From a virus, in IMG/VR virus record IMGVR_UViG_3300032246_002986, positions 1-64,000 of that record: a stretch of 64,000 nucleotides of DNA. One strand, given 5' to 3'. Below, piece after piece: positions 1-8,074 of this stretch. A model generated the notes under the pieces. It searched no databases. It saw only the letters and a list, made by a program, of their open reading frames with translations, and had not been told where the DNA came from. Made by a program: the position numbers and the translations under genes. Positions within the stretch are counted from its first letter, which is position 1. Each line of letters starts with the position of its first letter.

Positions 1-396
1 TATGAAGGAATGTTGGTGGTCAGGAGCGAATTGCGTAGTGTTTGTAGCCACCATCATCAACCTGTCAGTGGTGTTGCTTACATCGGTATTATTGCTGCCG
101 ATCGCCTTATTGGTCTCAGCAAGTATACCCGTATTGCTCAGTGGTGCGCTCGTCGTGGAACTCTACAGGAAGAGCTGTGCAATGATATCGCGAAAGAGAT
201 AATGAAGGCCACTGGCAGTAGCAATGTGGGTGTGTATGTACAGGCTGAGCATGGCTGCTGTACAAATCGCGGCATCATGGCCAAGAGCAGCCTCACACAG
301 ACTACTGTGCTAAAGGGTAGTTTCTTCAGCGATCCCGGTACAAAGAAGGAATTCTTCGACAACATCAAACTACAGCAGGATTATTCACCACGATGA
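1..396 (+). CDS. folE: GTP cyclohydrolase I (5'-truncated by window)
   Basis: Motifs CSHHHQP, GLSKYTRI, LQEEL and EHGCCTNRG (Zn ligands); frame is open back to base 1. Confidence 0.93.
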   Translation, partial: YEGMLVVRSELRSVCSHHHQPVSGVAYIGIIAADRLIGLSKYTRIAQWCARRGTLQEELCNDIAKEIMKATGSSNVGVYVQAEHGCCTNRGIMAKSSLTQTTVLKGSFFSDPGTKKEFFDNIKLQQDYSPR

Positions 397-758
397 GCGG
401 GCCATATATTTCAATGCAGGCAGTACCTGAAAGATTCCAATCTAAACCAAAGAAGCTGGGATGGTTCAAGCGTTGGTTTTTCCGTATGAGCGCAGAAGCC
501 CGAGATCACACATTATCAGAGTCCAAATCAGCACCAAGTGATATAGTGTGGGCTGGACCTATCGGTAAACAGGCCTCTATCAACACTCGCAACAGCATCG
601 ATATGAGCCTGGTCAGAGCAGACGGTGGTTGGATTGTCCAATTCCAATCCTATGATGATCGCGCCGACCGCACCAATGTTAACCATTATGTGATCCCAGA
701 TAGCGAAGATTTAGGTCAACGCCTGAGTGAAATAATCACACTACAATGCATGAGATGA
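393..758 (+). CDS. hypothetical protein
   Basis: 121-aa ORF with ATGA overlap on the folE stop. Confidence 0.7.
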   Translation: MSGPYISMQAVPERFQSKPKKLGWFKRWFFRMSAEARDHTLSESKSAPSDIVWAGPIGKQASINTRNSIDMSLVRADGGWIVQFQSYDDRADRTNVNHYVIPDSEDLGQRLSEIITLQCMR

Positions 759-1039
759 CAATGACGGAAAACAAACATAATTTTTTCCAAGTCGATTATG
801 AATATGATACCGGACACCTGATACCAGACTGGCGCAACAGTGCGCCGGCCGGAACATACCTGGTAAACAGTGGTGGACCCAAAGACAGTCCAGGATGGAT
901 ATCCTTCCAAGACAGACACCTCCAAGCTAGCGGCGGTGTGGATTTAATGCGTCAAGCTGAATTACGCGAGCAACACCCTGCATTACAGGAAGCGTGGCAA
1001 CAATACCTGGCTTTGTTACACGTTTGCAATGATAAGTAA
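755..1039 (+). CDS. hypothetical protein
   Basis: ATGA-coupled ORF; C-terminal ELREQHPALQEAWQQY helix; start could also be 746 or 761. Confidence 0.65.
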   Translation: MTMTENKHNFFQVDYEYDTGHLIPDWRNSAPAGTYLVNSGGPKDSPGWISFQDRHLQASGGVDLMRQAELREQHPALQEAWQQYLALLHVCNDK

Positions 1040-1044
1040 CCTAC

Positions 1045-1087
1045 AGCGGCGCTCACGGCTTCATCCCGCTTTACAAATTCTGCAGCC
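1045..1087 (+). ncRNA. candidate H-type pseudoknot cis-regulatory RNA (preQ1-I-like topology) upstream of queD
   Basis: AGCGG(1045-49) pairs with CCGCU(1066-70); loop GGCU(1057-60) pairs with AGCC(1084-87); connector UUACAAAUUC. Confidence 0.4.
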
Positions 1088-1098
1088 TATGCTATATT
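1070..1098 (+). promoter_or_regulatory. possible sigma70-like promoter for queD
   Basis: TTTACA-N17-TATATT with extended -10 TG; overlaps the pseudoknot candidate. Confidence 0.4.
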
Positions 1099-1116
1099 AA
1101 AACATAGGAGAATAAT

Positions 1117-1611
1117 ATGCAACCAATCACATACAAATATACCAGCACCAAGGAATACGTGGATGCGTTTCCCTGTGCTTATCGTCAGTGGCGAGCAGAC
1201 AGCCATTGCAACATGATCCACGGCTATGCTTTCAGTATGAAGTTCTATTTCGGCACCAATGATCTGGATGTTCGCAACTGGGCGGCAGATTACGGCGGTC
1301 TCAAGGAGCTCAAGAAGATCCTGGAAGATCAATTCGACCATACACTACTGGTAGCCGAAGACGATCCCGAGCTGGCGACATTCAAACTGCTACAGGAAAA
1401 GCGGTTAGCCAAGCTGACCATCCTGCCCAAGCTGGGCTGTGAGAGCCTGGCAGATATGCTGTACAAATACATCAACACAGTGTACATTCCAGATATGTGG
1501 GGGCCTGGTGAAGCAGAACGCTTGTGGTGCTATCGTGTGGAAGTGCGTGAGACGCAGGCCAATATGGCGTTCCGCGAAGGACATCGCGAATGGAACGAGG
1601 ATTTAGATTAA
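1117..1611 (+). CDS. queD: 6-carboxy-5,6,7,8-tetrahydropterin synthase (PTPS family)
   Basis: HCNMIHGY, FDHTLL and final VEVRET motifs; AGGAGA RBS; folE/queE context. Confidence 0.88.
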   Translation: MQPITYKYTSTKEYVDAFPCAYRQWRADSHCNMIHGYAFSMKFYFGTNDLDVRNWAADYGGLKELKKILEDQFDHTLLVAEDDPELATFKLLQEKRLAKLTILPKLGCESLADMLYKYINTVYIPDMWGPGEAERLWCYRVEVRETQANMAFREGHREWNEDLD

Positions 1612-1919
1612 TGGCACTATCTAAAAGAAAGAATGATGTAAAGTTTTTCAACTTGGAAACAGGTGAGGTTGTTTGCACATTCAACCAATGCCTACATAAA
1701 TTTACCATAATTGGTTCCGAAGATATAACACGGACACCAATTGTAGGTGTAGACGATAACGATAAGTTTATCAGGACGGAAGTTGTGAGCAAAACATACT
1801 TTCATCAATGCAAAGAATGTGGTCGAAAGGTTAGTGATAAAACTGACAAAAAGAAATCTTATCACAGCTATCGAGATAACAAAATGGAAAAGATTGTTTC
1901 TAATAAGGAAACATTATGA
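1611..1919 (+). CDS. hypothetical protein, possible zinc ribbon
   Basis: TAATG coupling to queD; CLH and CKECG motifs. Confidence 0.65.
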   Translation: MALSKRKNDVKFFNLETGEVVCTFNQCLHKFTIIGSEDITRTPIVGVDDNDKFIRTEVVSKTYFHQCKECGRKVSDKTDKKKSYHSYRDNKMEKIVSNKETL

Positions 1920-2113
1920 ACAGTCTAGAGCGCATCTGGGCTAGAGCAACAGGGCACGTGATGGGCGAGACCGATCACGATCGCCCTGATGTACCTATCT
2001 TGACTTTGCGTGAAGCAAGGATAGCTTTGTTCTTGAAGACCTTCTGGGTGGTGATCCACGTGATAACCTGCTTCTTCATCATCGCTGGAATAGTGAGGCA
2101 CTGGAATGGGTGA
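1916..2113 (+). CDS. small membrane protein
   Basis: ATGA overlap; single hydrophobic C-terminal segment. Confidence 0.7.
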   Translation: MNSLERIWARATGHVMGETDHDRPDVPILTLREARIALFLKTFWVVIHVITCFFIIAGIVRHWNG

Positions 2114-2279
2114 GAATAACTGGACGGTGGAAATAGAAGAAGATAAAGAAACGGGAGATCTGCTTCTGCCGTTTCCTCCAGATCTGCTGGCCCAGATGGG
2201 TTGGGCACCTGGAACAGAACTTTGGTGGGAAGATAACCACGATGGTTCATACATAATAAGAGAGAAAAAACATGAGTGA
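2106..2279 (+). CDS. small AbrB/MazE-like protein (57 aa, not in the ORF track)
   Basis: MGENNWTVEIEEDKETGDLLLPFPPDLLAQMGWAPGTELWWEDNHDGSYIIREKKHE; swapped-hairpin-like G-x-L-x-L-P...GW..G..L pattern; fills the gap and overlaps both neighbours. Confidence 0.7.
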   Translation: MGENNWTVEIEEDKETGDLLLPFPPDLLAQMGWAPGTELWWEDNHDGSYIIREKKHE

Positions 2280-2868
2280 TATCCTAAGCACCATACTGGT
2301 TGTTTGTAGGGAAGGTTTTGAAAGCGTCCTGCTCACAGCTTTGATTTTAAAATTTTTACCAGAAGATTTGAAGCCGCAATATTATATCAATTTCGCACTG
2401 TGTTGGATAATAAGCCTGGCGCTGGGTCTGTACGCTGCAAGCGAATTCCACGAGCTCGTGGAGCAGTGGGAACCCGTGATTAATATAGTGACAGGACTGG
2501 TATTGATTTATATCTTCACCACCAGCAAAGCTGTCTATGAGCACGCCAGAGAACACGCAGAGGAAATAACCACAGCCACGTGGATCAGCACACACATCAC
2601 TATATCATTCATAGTATTGCGCGAAGCTGCCGAAAGCACCATATTCCTTGCTGGTAATATCAGCAGAGGATGGGACAATACCCTAGTGGGTTTGGTTTTA
2701 GGTAGCGTGTTGTTAGTGGCATTATTGAAATCAGCCAATCGATTGGGACAGGCCCTGGTCAATAAAATTATCTTCCGTGTAGTTGGATTTAGCTTGCTTT
2801 TGTTAGGCGCTTATTATATAATAGATGGTATAAACGACATATTTGCCAGAATAGTAGAGTACATTTAA
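2272..2868 (+). CDS. FTR1/EfeU-like iron permease
   Basis: Two RExxE motifs in TM helices (REGFE, REAAE) in a duplicated arrangement; about 6 hydrophobic segments. Confidence 0.75.
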   Translation: MSDILSTILVVCREGFESVLLTALILKFLPEDLKPQYYINFALCWIISLALGLYAASEFHELVEQWEPVINIVTGLVLIYIFTTSKAVYEHAREHAEEITTATWISTHITISFIVLREAAESTIFLAGNISRGWDNTLVGLVLGSVLLVALLKSANRLGQALVNKIIFRVVGFSLLLLGAYYIIDGINDIFARIVEYI

Positions 2869-3710
2869 TGTTTGGAAAAAACGAAATCGTAGGACAAAAA
2901 TACTTCAACGAAGCTGCTGAAGATCAGCTGTACGTCACAAGTATCTTCTATACACTTCAGGGAGAAGGTCCCTATCGCGGGGAACCAGCAGTGTTCGTCA
3001 GATTAGCCAAGTGTAATCTGGCCTGTAGCTTCTGTGACACCTATTTCGATGGGGGCGATTGGCTCACGTTTGATGAGGTATATGAACGCGTCATGGCAGC
3101 GGCAGTGGATTATTTTGGTGGTGAAGTACCTGGATGGTTCGAACAGAAGGTGGGATTGGTCATCACTGGTGGCGAACCTATGTTGCAAAAGAATCTGGGA
3201 ACATTCTTGCACAAGGTGAAAAACTTTTTTGCTTGGACACAAATCGAGAGCAACGGCACTGTATGGCAGGACATCCCGTCAGAGACTACATTGGTATGCA
3301 GTCCCAAGTGTCTGGAAAAGAATGGACAACCAGTAAAATATCTCAAACCTAACACTGATGTCATGGAACGTGCAGATTGCCTGAAGTTTGTAATGAACGC
3401 AGATCCCGATAGTCCCTACAGCAGCATACCAGACTGGGCGCAGGAATATGCGTCAGCTGGTAAAAAGGTGTTTGTGAGCCCAATGAATGTTTACAATCGT
3501 GAGCCCCAAAAGAGCAAGCAGATGCGTAGCACCAAGAACGACATCAGTATGGAAGAACGCAGTGCTGTGGATGAAGTCATCAGCTTCTGGGAAGAAGGAC
3601 TGTTAAATATGACAGAGAACCAGAAGAATCACGAATACACAGCACAGTATTGTGCTCGTAACGGGTACACACTGAATCTGCAGATACATTTATATGCTAG
3701 TCTAGCTTGA
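2868..3710 (+). CDS. queE: 7-carboxy-7-deazaguanine synthase (radical SAM)
   Basis: FYTLQGEG, VFVRLAKCNLACSFCDT, ITGGEP, IESNGT, CSPK and LQIH motifs. Confidence 0.92.
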   Translation: MFGKNEIVGQKYFNEAAEDQLYVTSIFYTLQGEGPYRGEPAVFVRLAKCNLACSFCDTYFDGGDWLTFDEVYERVMAAAVDYFGGEVPGWFEQKVGLVITGGEPMLQKNLGTFLHKVKNFFAWTQIESNGTVWQDIPSETTLVCSPKCLEKNGQPVKYLKPNTDVMERADCLKFVMNADPDSPYSSIPDWAQEYASAGKKVFVSPMNVYNREPQKSKQMRSTKNDISMEERSAVDEVISFWEEGLLNMTENQKNHEYTAQYCARNGYTLNLQIHLYASLA

Positions 3711-3717
3711 GGCTTAT

Positions 3718-3945
3718 ATGGAAGAACAACTGGAATTGACCGAAGAAGAAGTGTCGTTTTTGGTGATAAAATACTTGTATGACCAGAAATTACAAGGTAG
3801 GGATCAAATATCATTAAGCGAAGTTTACCAATATCTAGGCAATGATCTGCCCGATGACGAGGAAGATGTATGGCTATGCATCAATGAAGACGGTGAAGGA
3901 ATCGTGGCTTTCCAGGACGAACAGCGTAAAAAGCGTTTAAATTAG
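3718..3945 (+). CDS. hypothetical acidic protein
   Basis: 75-aa ORF with GAGG RBS. Confidence 0.6.
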   Translation: MEEQLELTEEEVSFLVIKYLYDQKLQGRDQISLSEVYQYLGNDLPDDEEDVWLCINEDGEGIVAFQDEQRKKRLN

Positions 3946-3948
3946 CAC

Positions 3949-3976
3949 TTGACAGGTTTGATAAATAGTATATATT
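3949..3976 (+). promoter_or_regulatory. sigma70-like promoter with embedded late-like ATAAATA
   Basis: TTGACA(3949-54)-N16-TATATT(3971-76); ATAAATA at 3961-67. Confidence 0.65.
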
Positions 3977-4002
3977 AATAGTATACAGACCAGGAGGGTC
4001 AG

Positions 4003-4317
4003 ATGCGTAAACTAATCCTAGCTTCCGTAGCAGTTGCAGCAATTTTCTCAGCAACAGCAGCAAATGCTGATTATTACCGTAATCGTGGTGGGTACCATCA
4101 CGGTGGTAGGGGTGGTGGCTGGGTAGCACCTTTAGTGGGTGGAATGGTTTTGGGAGGAGTCCTATATGGACTGAGCCAACCCAGTTATGCCGCTCCCCCC
4201 ACATATTATCCTGCGCCGCCTGCTTATCGTACCGAATGCCAGATCGTGCCGGTGTATGATCGTTATGGTTACTATCGCGGAGAACGCCGCGAGTGTTACC
4301 AAGTTCCTAATTATTGA
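4003..4317 (+). CDS. small secreted/envelope protein
   Basis: Signal peptide (MRKLILASVAVAAIFSATAANA), Gly/His-rich segment, glycine-zipper helix, Pro/Tyr linker, two Cys; AGGAGG RBS. Confidence 0.75.
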   Translation: MRKLILASVAVAAIFSATAANADYYRNRGGYHHGGRGGGWVAPLVGGMVLGGVLYGLSQPSYAAPPTYYPAPPAYRTECQIVPVYDRYGYYRGERRECYQVPNY

Positions 4318-4324
4318 GGTATAT

Positions 4325-4774
4325 ATGTCAATCATCGATTCACTGTTCGGCTGGGCAAAACCCAGAGAGTATAAGACGCCCGAGCAGCCTACGTTTACCA
4401 CGGTCACTGTGACCACAGAGACCAAACCCAAGAAACCTCGCAAGCCTCGTGCCAAGAAACCAGAACCAACGCCAGAACCTGTGGCAGAAAAACCACAGGT
4501 CAACGCAGAGGTGAAAGTGCTTAAATTGGATTTCGATCCTCAGAATCCCCGATTGGGTAGTCTGGAATTGGATTGGAACGACCAGTTTATCGACTTGCTG
4601 GCAGAGCACGGATATCGTGGCAACAGTGCCGAAGAATTAGTGGATGCGTGGCTCAACGACATCTGCAGGAATATCCTGGCTAACAGCTATCCAGGCGCAA
4701 ATGTGACAAATATGGACGGTAGTCGTTACGTTAAACAACGTGACATCGGTGATGGCAAGACAGAAGTCAGTTGA
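4325..4774 (+). CDS. hypothetical protein
   Basis: GAGGT RBS before ATG 4325; Lys/Pro-rich linker followed by a globular ELDWND domain. Confidence 0.75.
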   Translation: MSIIDSLFGWAKPREYKTPEQPTFTTVTVTTETKPKKPRKPRAKKPEPTPEPVAEKPQVNAEVKVLKLDFDPQNPRLGSLELDWNDQFIDLLAEHGYRGNSAEELVDAWLNDICRNILANSYPGANVTNMDGSRYVKQRDIGDGKTEVS

Positions 4775-4798
4775 CATCCTGTCAGAAAGTGTTATATT
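4771..4798 (+). promoter_or_regulatory. sigma70-like early promoter, likely leaderless transcript
   Basis: TTGACA-N16-TATATT with extended TG; ATG lies 6 nt after the -10 with no SD. Confidence 0.7.
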
Positions 4799-4804
4799 AC
4801 TACT

Positions 4805-5806
4805 ATGAAATATTTACTCGTAGATACAGCCAATCTGTTCAGTCGTGCGCGGCACAGTACCCCTCGCGGTGCTGATACCTGGAGCAAACTGGGTCTGGCC
4901 CTGCACATCACTTTCAACGGTATCCTTAAAGCTGACAGGCTACACAAGCCTGATCACGTGATCTTCTGTCTGGAGGCACGTAGCTGGCGCAAGGATCACA
5001 CCGGCAGTTATAAAGCCAATCGCAAAGAAACCCGCGATAAGATGACCACCAAGGAGGCCGAAGAAGATGCAGAGTTTTGGGCTTGTTTTGATGATCTCAG
5101 CAAGTGGCTTGCTGAGCGTACCAATGCTACTGTCATTCGCGTGGAACGAGCTGAAGCAGACGATCTTATTGCCCGATGGATTGCACTACATCCAGAAGAT
5201 CAGCACACTATCCTTAGCAACGACAGCGACTTTTTGCAGCTATTGGCACCGAATGTTGACATCTACAATGGACTTACCAACCAGCTGATCAATCTGAACG
5301 GTTACTTCGATGACTGGGGCAAGCCTGTCAAGGACAAGAAAACCAAGGAAATCAAGACAGTGCCTGATCCCGAATGGTTGCTGTTTGAGAAGTGTATGCG
5401 TGGCGATGCCAGTGACAATGTCATGAGCGCCTATCCTGGTGTACGTACCAAAGGCAGTGCCAAGAAGGTGGGCCTCACAGAAGCCTTTGCTGACAAGGAC
5501 AAGAAAGGCTGGGCCTGGAACAACATGATGTTGCAGAAGTGGGTGGACCACAATGGTACAGAACATCGGGTGTTGGATCGTTATCTGGCCAATCGTGAAC
5601 TTATCGATCTCACACAACAACCGACAGAGATCCGCGATCATATCGACAGCCATCTGCTAGCTATCCAAGCCAAGAACAACAGCCAAATCGGTACGCATCT
5701 GATCAAATTTTGTACCAAATACGAGCTGGTCAAGATGACCGACAATGTGAAATATCTGGCTGAGGTACTCAGCAAAGCATTACCCAAGGAGATTGTCAAT
5801 GCTTAA
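4805..5806 (+). CDS. rnh: T4 RNase H-like 5'-3' exonuclease (FEN family)
   Basis: LLVDTANL, SWRK, YKANR, EADDLIA, SNDSDFLQL and GDASDNV motifs. Confidence 0.88.
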   Translation: MKYLLVDTANLFSRARHSTPRGADTWSKLGLALHITFNGILKADRLHKPDHVIFCLEARSWRKDHTGSYKANRKETRDKMTTKEAEEDAEFWACFDDLSKWLAERTNATVIRVERAEADDLIARWIALHPEDQHTILSNDSDFLQLLAPNVDIYNGLTNQLINLNGYFDDWGKPVKDKKTKEIKTVPDPEWLLFEKCMRGDASDNVMSAYPGVRTKGSAKKVGLTEAFADKDKKGWAWNNMMLQKWVDHNGTEHRVLDRYLANRELIDLTQQPTEIRDHIDSHLLAIQAKNNSQIGTHLIKFCTKYELVKMTDNVKYLAEVLSKALPKEIVNA

Positions 5807-5993
5807 GAAGTTAATGTTTTGGTCGCCATTGTTTGTCCTGGCATCTATTGTTTTAGACACTTATATCCATTGGGACGATGTGGCATATCGTACCCTGGCA
5901 ATCACAGCCAGCTTAGGTTGGTTGATGTATTGGGACGCACTAAACGACCTGCATAAAATCGAAAAGGAACAAGATACTGATGTTAAAAGCTAA
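5793..5993 (+). CDS. small two-TM membrane protein
   Basis: Two hydrophobic segments; overlaps both neighbours. Confidence 0.6.
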   Translation: MSMLKKLMFWSPLFVLASIVLDTYIHWDDVAYRTLAITASLGWLMYWDALNDLHKIEKEQDTDVKS

Positions 5994-6456
5994 AAATATA
6001 GTGGAGAACCGTTTCTGGGTTCTGGAAAATGATGCAGGAGAACGCATAGGTACTATCGCTGCGAAAAAAGATGCAGTGAGTTATCGTGTGGATGGTCAGA
6101 CAGAAGATTTTCCCACTATGGCAGAAATGATGCAGAAAAAAGGCATCACTATGTCACGTAAAACCAAAGATCTCAAGCCCAAGATCAGTACCAATACCGA
6201 TGTATACGGTTATCCCACAGGGCATACACCACATAACCAGATCTGGAATGTGCAGATGCGGTTGCCAATGTACACTAAGACAGCCAAGAGCAGCAGTTAT
6301 CATTGCGCCGGTTATTATATAATAAAATTCGATAAAACTTGGTGCAAGAGCCACACACCCAAGCTGATCACATTGCAGCGTTATCCGTATCTGGGCCCGT
6401 TCAAAACCAAAGAAGAACAAGCCATTAGCCTGAGAAAAACCCTTGAGACCGCCTAG
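5980..6456 (+). CDS. hypothetical protein
   Basis: 158-aa ORF with AAGGA RBS. Confidence 0.75.
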   Translation: MLKAKNIVENRFWVLENDAGERIGTIAAKKDAVSYRVDGQTEDFPTMAEMMQKKGITMSRKTKDLKPKISTNTDVYGYPTGHTPHNQIWNVQMRLPMYTKTAKSSSYHCAGYYIIKFDKTWCKSHTPKLITLQRYPYLGPFKTKEEQAISLRKTLETA

Positions 6457-6670
6457 CACTTACTGGATTCGCAAATTCAATGAACGGGTGAAATCAGCTT
6501 CTGGATCTGGCAGACAAGTGCTGGATAATGATGAAATCCGCGGTGTGACCACAGAATTACTGGATGTACTGTGTTATATCACAGAGCTGGAAAACAAGAT
6601 AGACGATCTAGAAACACAGGTCAAACAGAACGATCTGATAAAAGTGGAAATATTAGGAGATAATTTTTAA
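6443..6670 (+). CDS. hypothetical coiled-coil protein
   Basis: 75-aa ORF in operon; start uncertain. Confidence 0.6.
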   Translation: MRPPSTYWIRKFNERVKSASGSGRQVLDNDEIRGVTTELLDVLCYITELENKIDDLETQVKQNDLIKVEILGDNF

Positions 6671-6685
6671 CTGTTTTGTTAACAG

Positions 6686-6692
6686 ATAAATA
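6686..6692 (+). promoter_or_regulatory. T4-late-like promoter motif
   Basis: Intergenic ATAAATA, 11 nt before ATG 6704. Confidence 0.5.
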
Positions 6693-6703
6693 ATATATCG
6701 ATT

Positions 6704-7012
6704 ATGTCACGGCCTAAACCTCAAATCCTAATGGAAATAACTAACAAAGCCACATATAAGTCAGATCAGGTTCTGGCCAGTGAAGGTATATGGGCGGTTT
6801 ACTTCGATAACAAGCCTATCAATCTGAAAACCAGCAGTCTGTTAGCCCAATACCCTGGGCCCAAATATAAGAAAACCAGCTTCAGTAATCCAGGCCACGC
6901 TATAAATTTGTGTAAGAAACTCAACATCCAATACAAAACGACCAAATTCAGTGTGGTGCTGTTGAACCAGGGCAGCCAGGTATTTCCTGTCAAAAATGAA
7001 AAGCAAATCTGA
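6704..7012 (+). CDS. hypothetical protein (MSRPKP...GPKYKKTSFSNPGHA)
   Basis: Basic 102-aa ORF. Confidence 0.75.
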   Translation: MSRPKPQILMEITNKATYKSDQVLASEGIWAVYFDNKPINLKTSSLLAQYPGPKYKKTSFSNPGHAINLCKKLNIQYKTTKFSVVLLNQGSQVFPVKNEKQI

Positions 7013-7364
7013 ATGGACCAGAGAAATATATCTGCTCTATAACTTCAGTAATGATGCTGTGGAGACTATTCCTGCCAGCATAAAATTGATGCTGTGGTAT
7101 AATCTAAATGAAAATCGCGGTCTGAGGCTTACCACGGTGGCTGCTGAATTGTTGAAAGTAAACAATTACAAATTATACGAACATCGTATGGATATAAAAA
7201 AATACCCTATAAGCAGTGGTATACTGGTAACGATGGATCGCATATTGAAGATGCCCTGGTATTGGGATAATAAAAGCAATCTGACACTATTGGACGGCGA
7301 GGTCAGCAGTATGCTGACCTTGTGCGATGGCAATCTGGACCAGACACTTAAAACTCTGGGTTGA
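6996..7364 (+). CDS. hypothetical protein
   Basis: 122-aa ORF overlapping the upstream gene. Confidence 0.7.
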   Translation: MKSKSEWTREIYLLYNFSNDAVETIPASIKLMLWYNLNENRGLRLTTVAAELLKVNNYKLYEHRMDIKKYPISSGILVTMDRILKMPWYWDNKSNLTLLDGEVSSMLTLCDGNLDQTLKTLG

Positions 7365-7388
7365 CATCAGTGGTCTTTGTGCTATCAT
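7361..7388 (+). promoter_or_regulatory. sigma70-like early promoter
   Basis: TTGACA-N16-TATCAT with TGTG upstream of the -10. Confidence 0.65.
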
Positions 7389-7412
7389 AATTACTTGATA
7401 GGAGGGATCGCT

Positions 7413-7670
7413 ATGTTCGATATGCAAACACATTACAACGAATACAGCAAAATCCGCAATGCAATCAACACATTACCTGTGCAATCCAAAGCAGATTTCC
7501 AGAGGATGCTATTGACCCAAGAGCAATTAGTGTCGCATATCTTAAGAGAACAAGTTGTTTGCAAGCAACGTCGCAAGGTTACCAGAGACTACAACGAGCT
7601 TTTGGTCTTGTACGATAAACACAAAGAACATCTGGAACATCAGCTGGTTTTAGCTGTATTAAGTGCTTGA
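7413..7670 (+). CDS. hypothetical helical protein
   Basis: AGGAGG RBS before ATG 7413. Confidence 0.7.
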   Translation: MFDMQTHYNEYSKIRNAINTLPVQSKADFQRMLLTQEQLVSHILREQVVCKQRRKVTRDYNELLVLYDKHKEHLEHQLVLAVLSA

Positions 7671-7694
7671 CACATCAGATATCTGTGTTATATT
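7667..7694 (+). promoter_or_regulatory. sigma70-like early promoter
   Basis: TTGACA-N16-TATATT with TGTG upstream of the -10. Confidence 0.7.
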
Positions 7695-7717
7695 GAATTA
7701 TAAACAGAGAGCAGCGA

Positions 7718-8065
7718 ATGTCAGATTTTTTGGAAAGATTACCCAGCACTTTAGAGTTTCGCGATGCATTTCGCCAGGCTTTGAAAAATAATGGTGTGCA
7801 GATAGACAACACCAAGACTACCAATTTCAGGGGTAGCTTTTACAATCTCATACGCAATATGCGGCTATTGGGTTATCCTTCTAACCTGATAAAGCATACC
7901 AGATCGGTGCATTTCGGTTTTAAAACTGATGACGAAGCTGCTGTAAAACGAGCTATGGATGAGATCAAGGTATGGTTTAGTCTTGCAGACAAGCATCTGG
8001 AAATAGACCACAAATGTAGCTATAACAACGAATATCGCATTTCTTGTATTTGTGTCCTTAACTAA
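7718..8065 (+). CDS. hypothetical protein
   Basis: 115-aa ORF downstream of a promoter. Confidence 0.65.
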   Translation: MSDFLERLPSTLEFRDAFRQALKNNGVQIDNTKTTNFRGSFYNLIRNMRLLGYPSNLIKHTRSVHFGFKTDDEAAVKRAMDEIKVWFSLADKHLEIDHKCSYNNEYRISCICVLN

Positions 8066-8074
8066 GAGGCTGAT

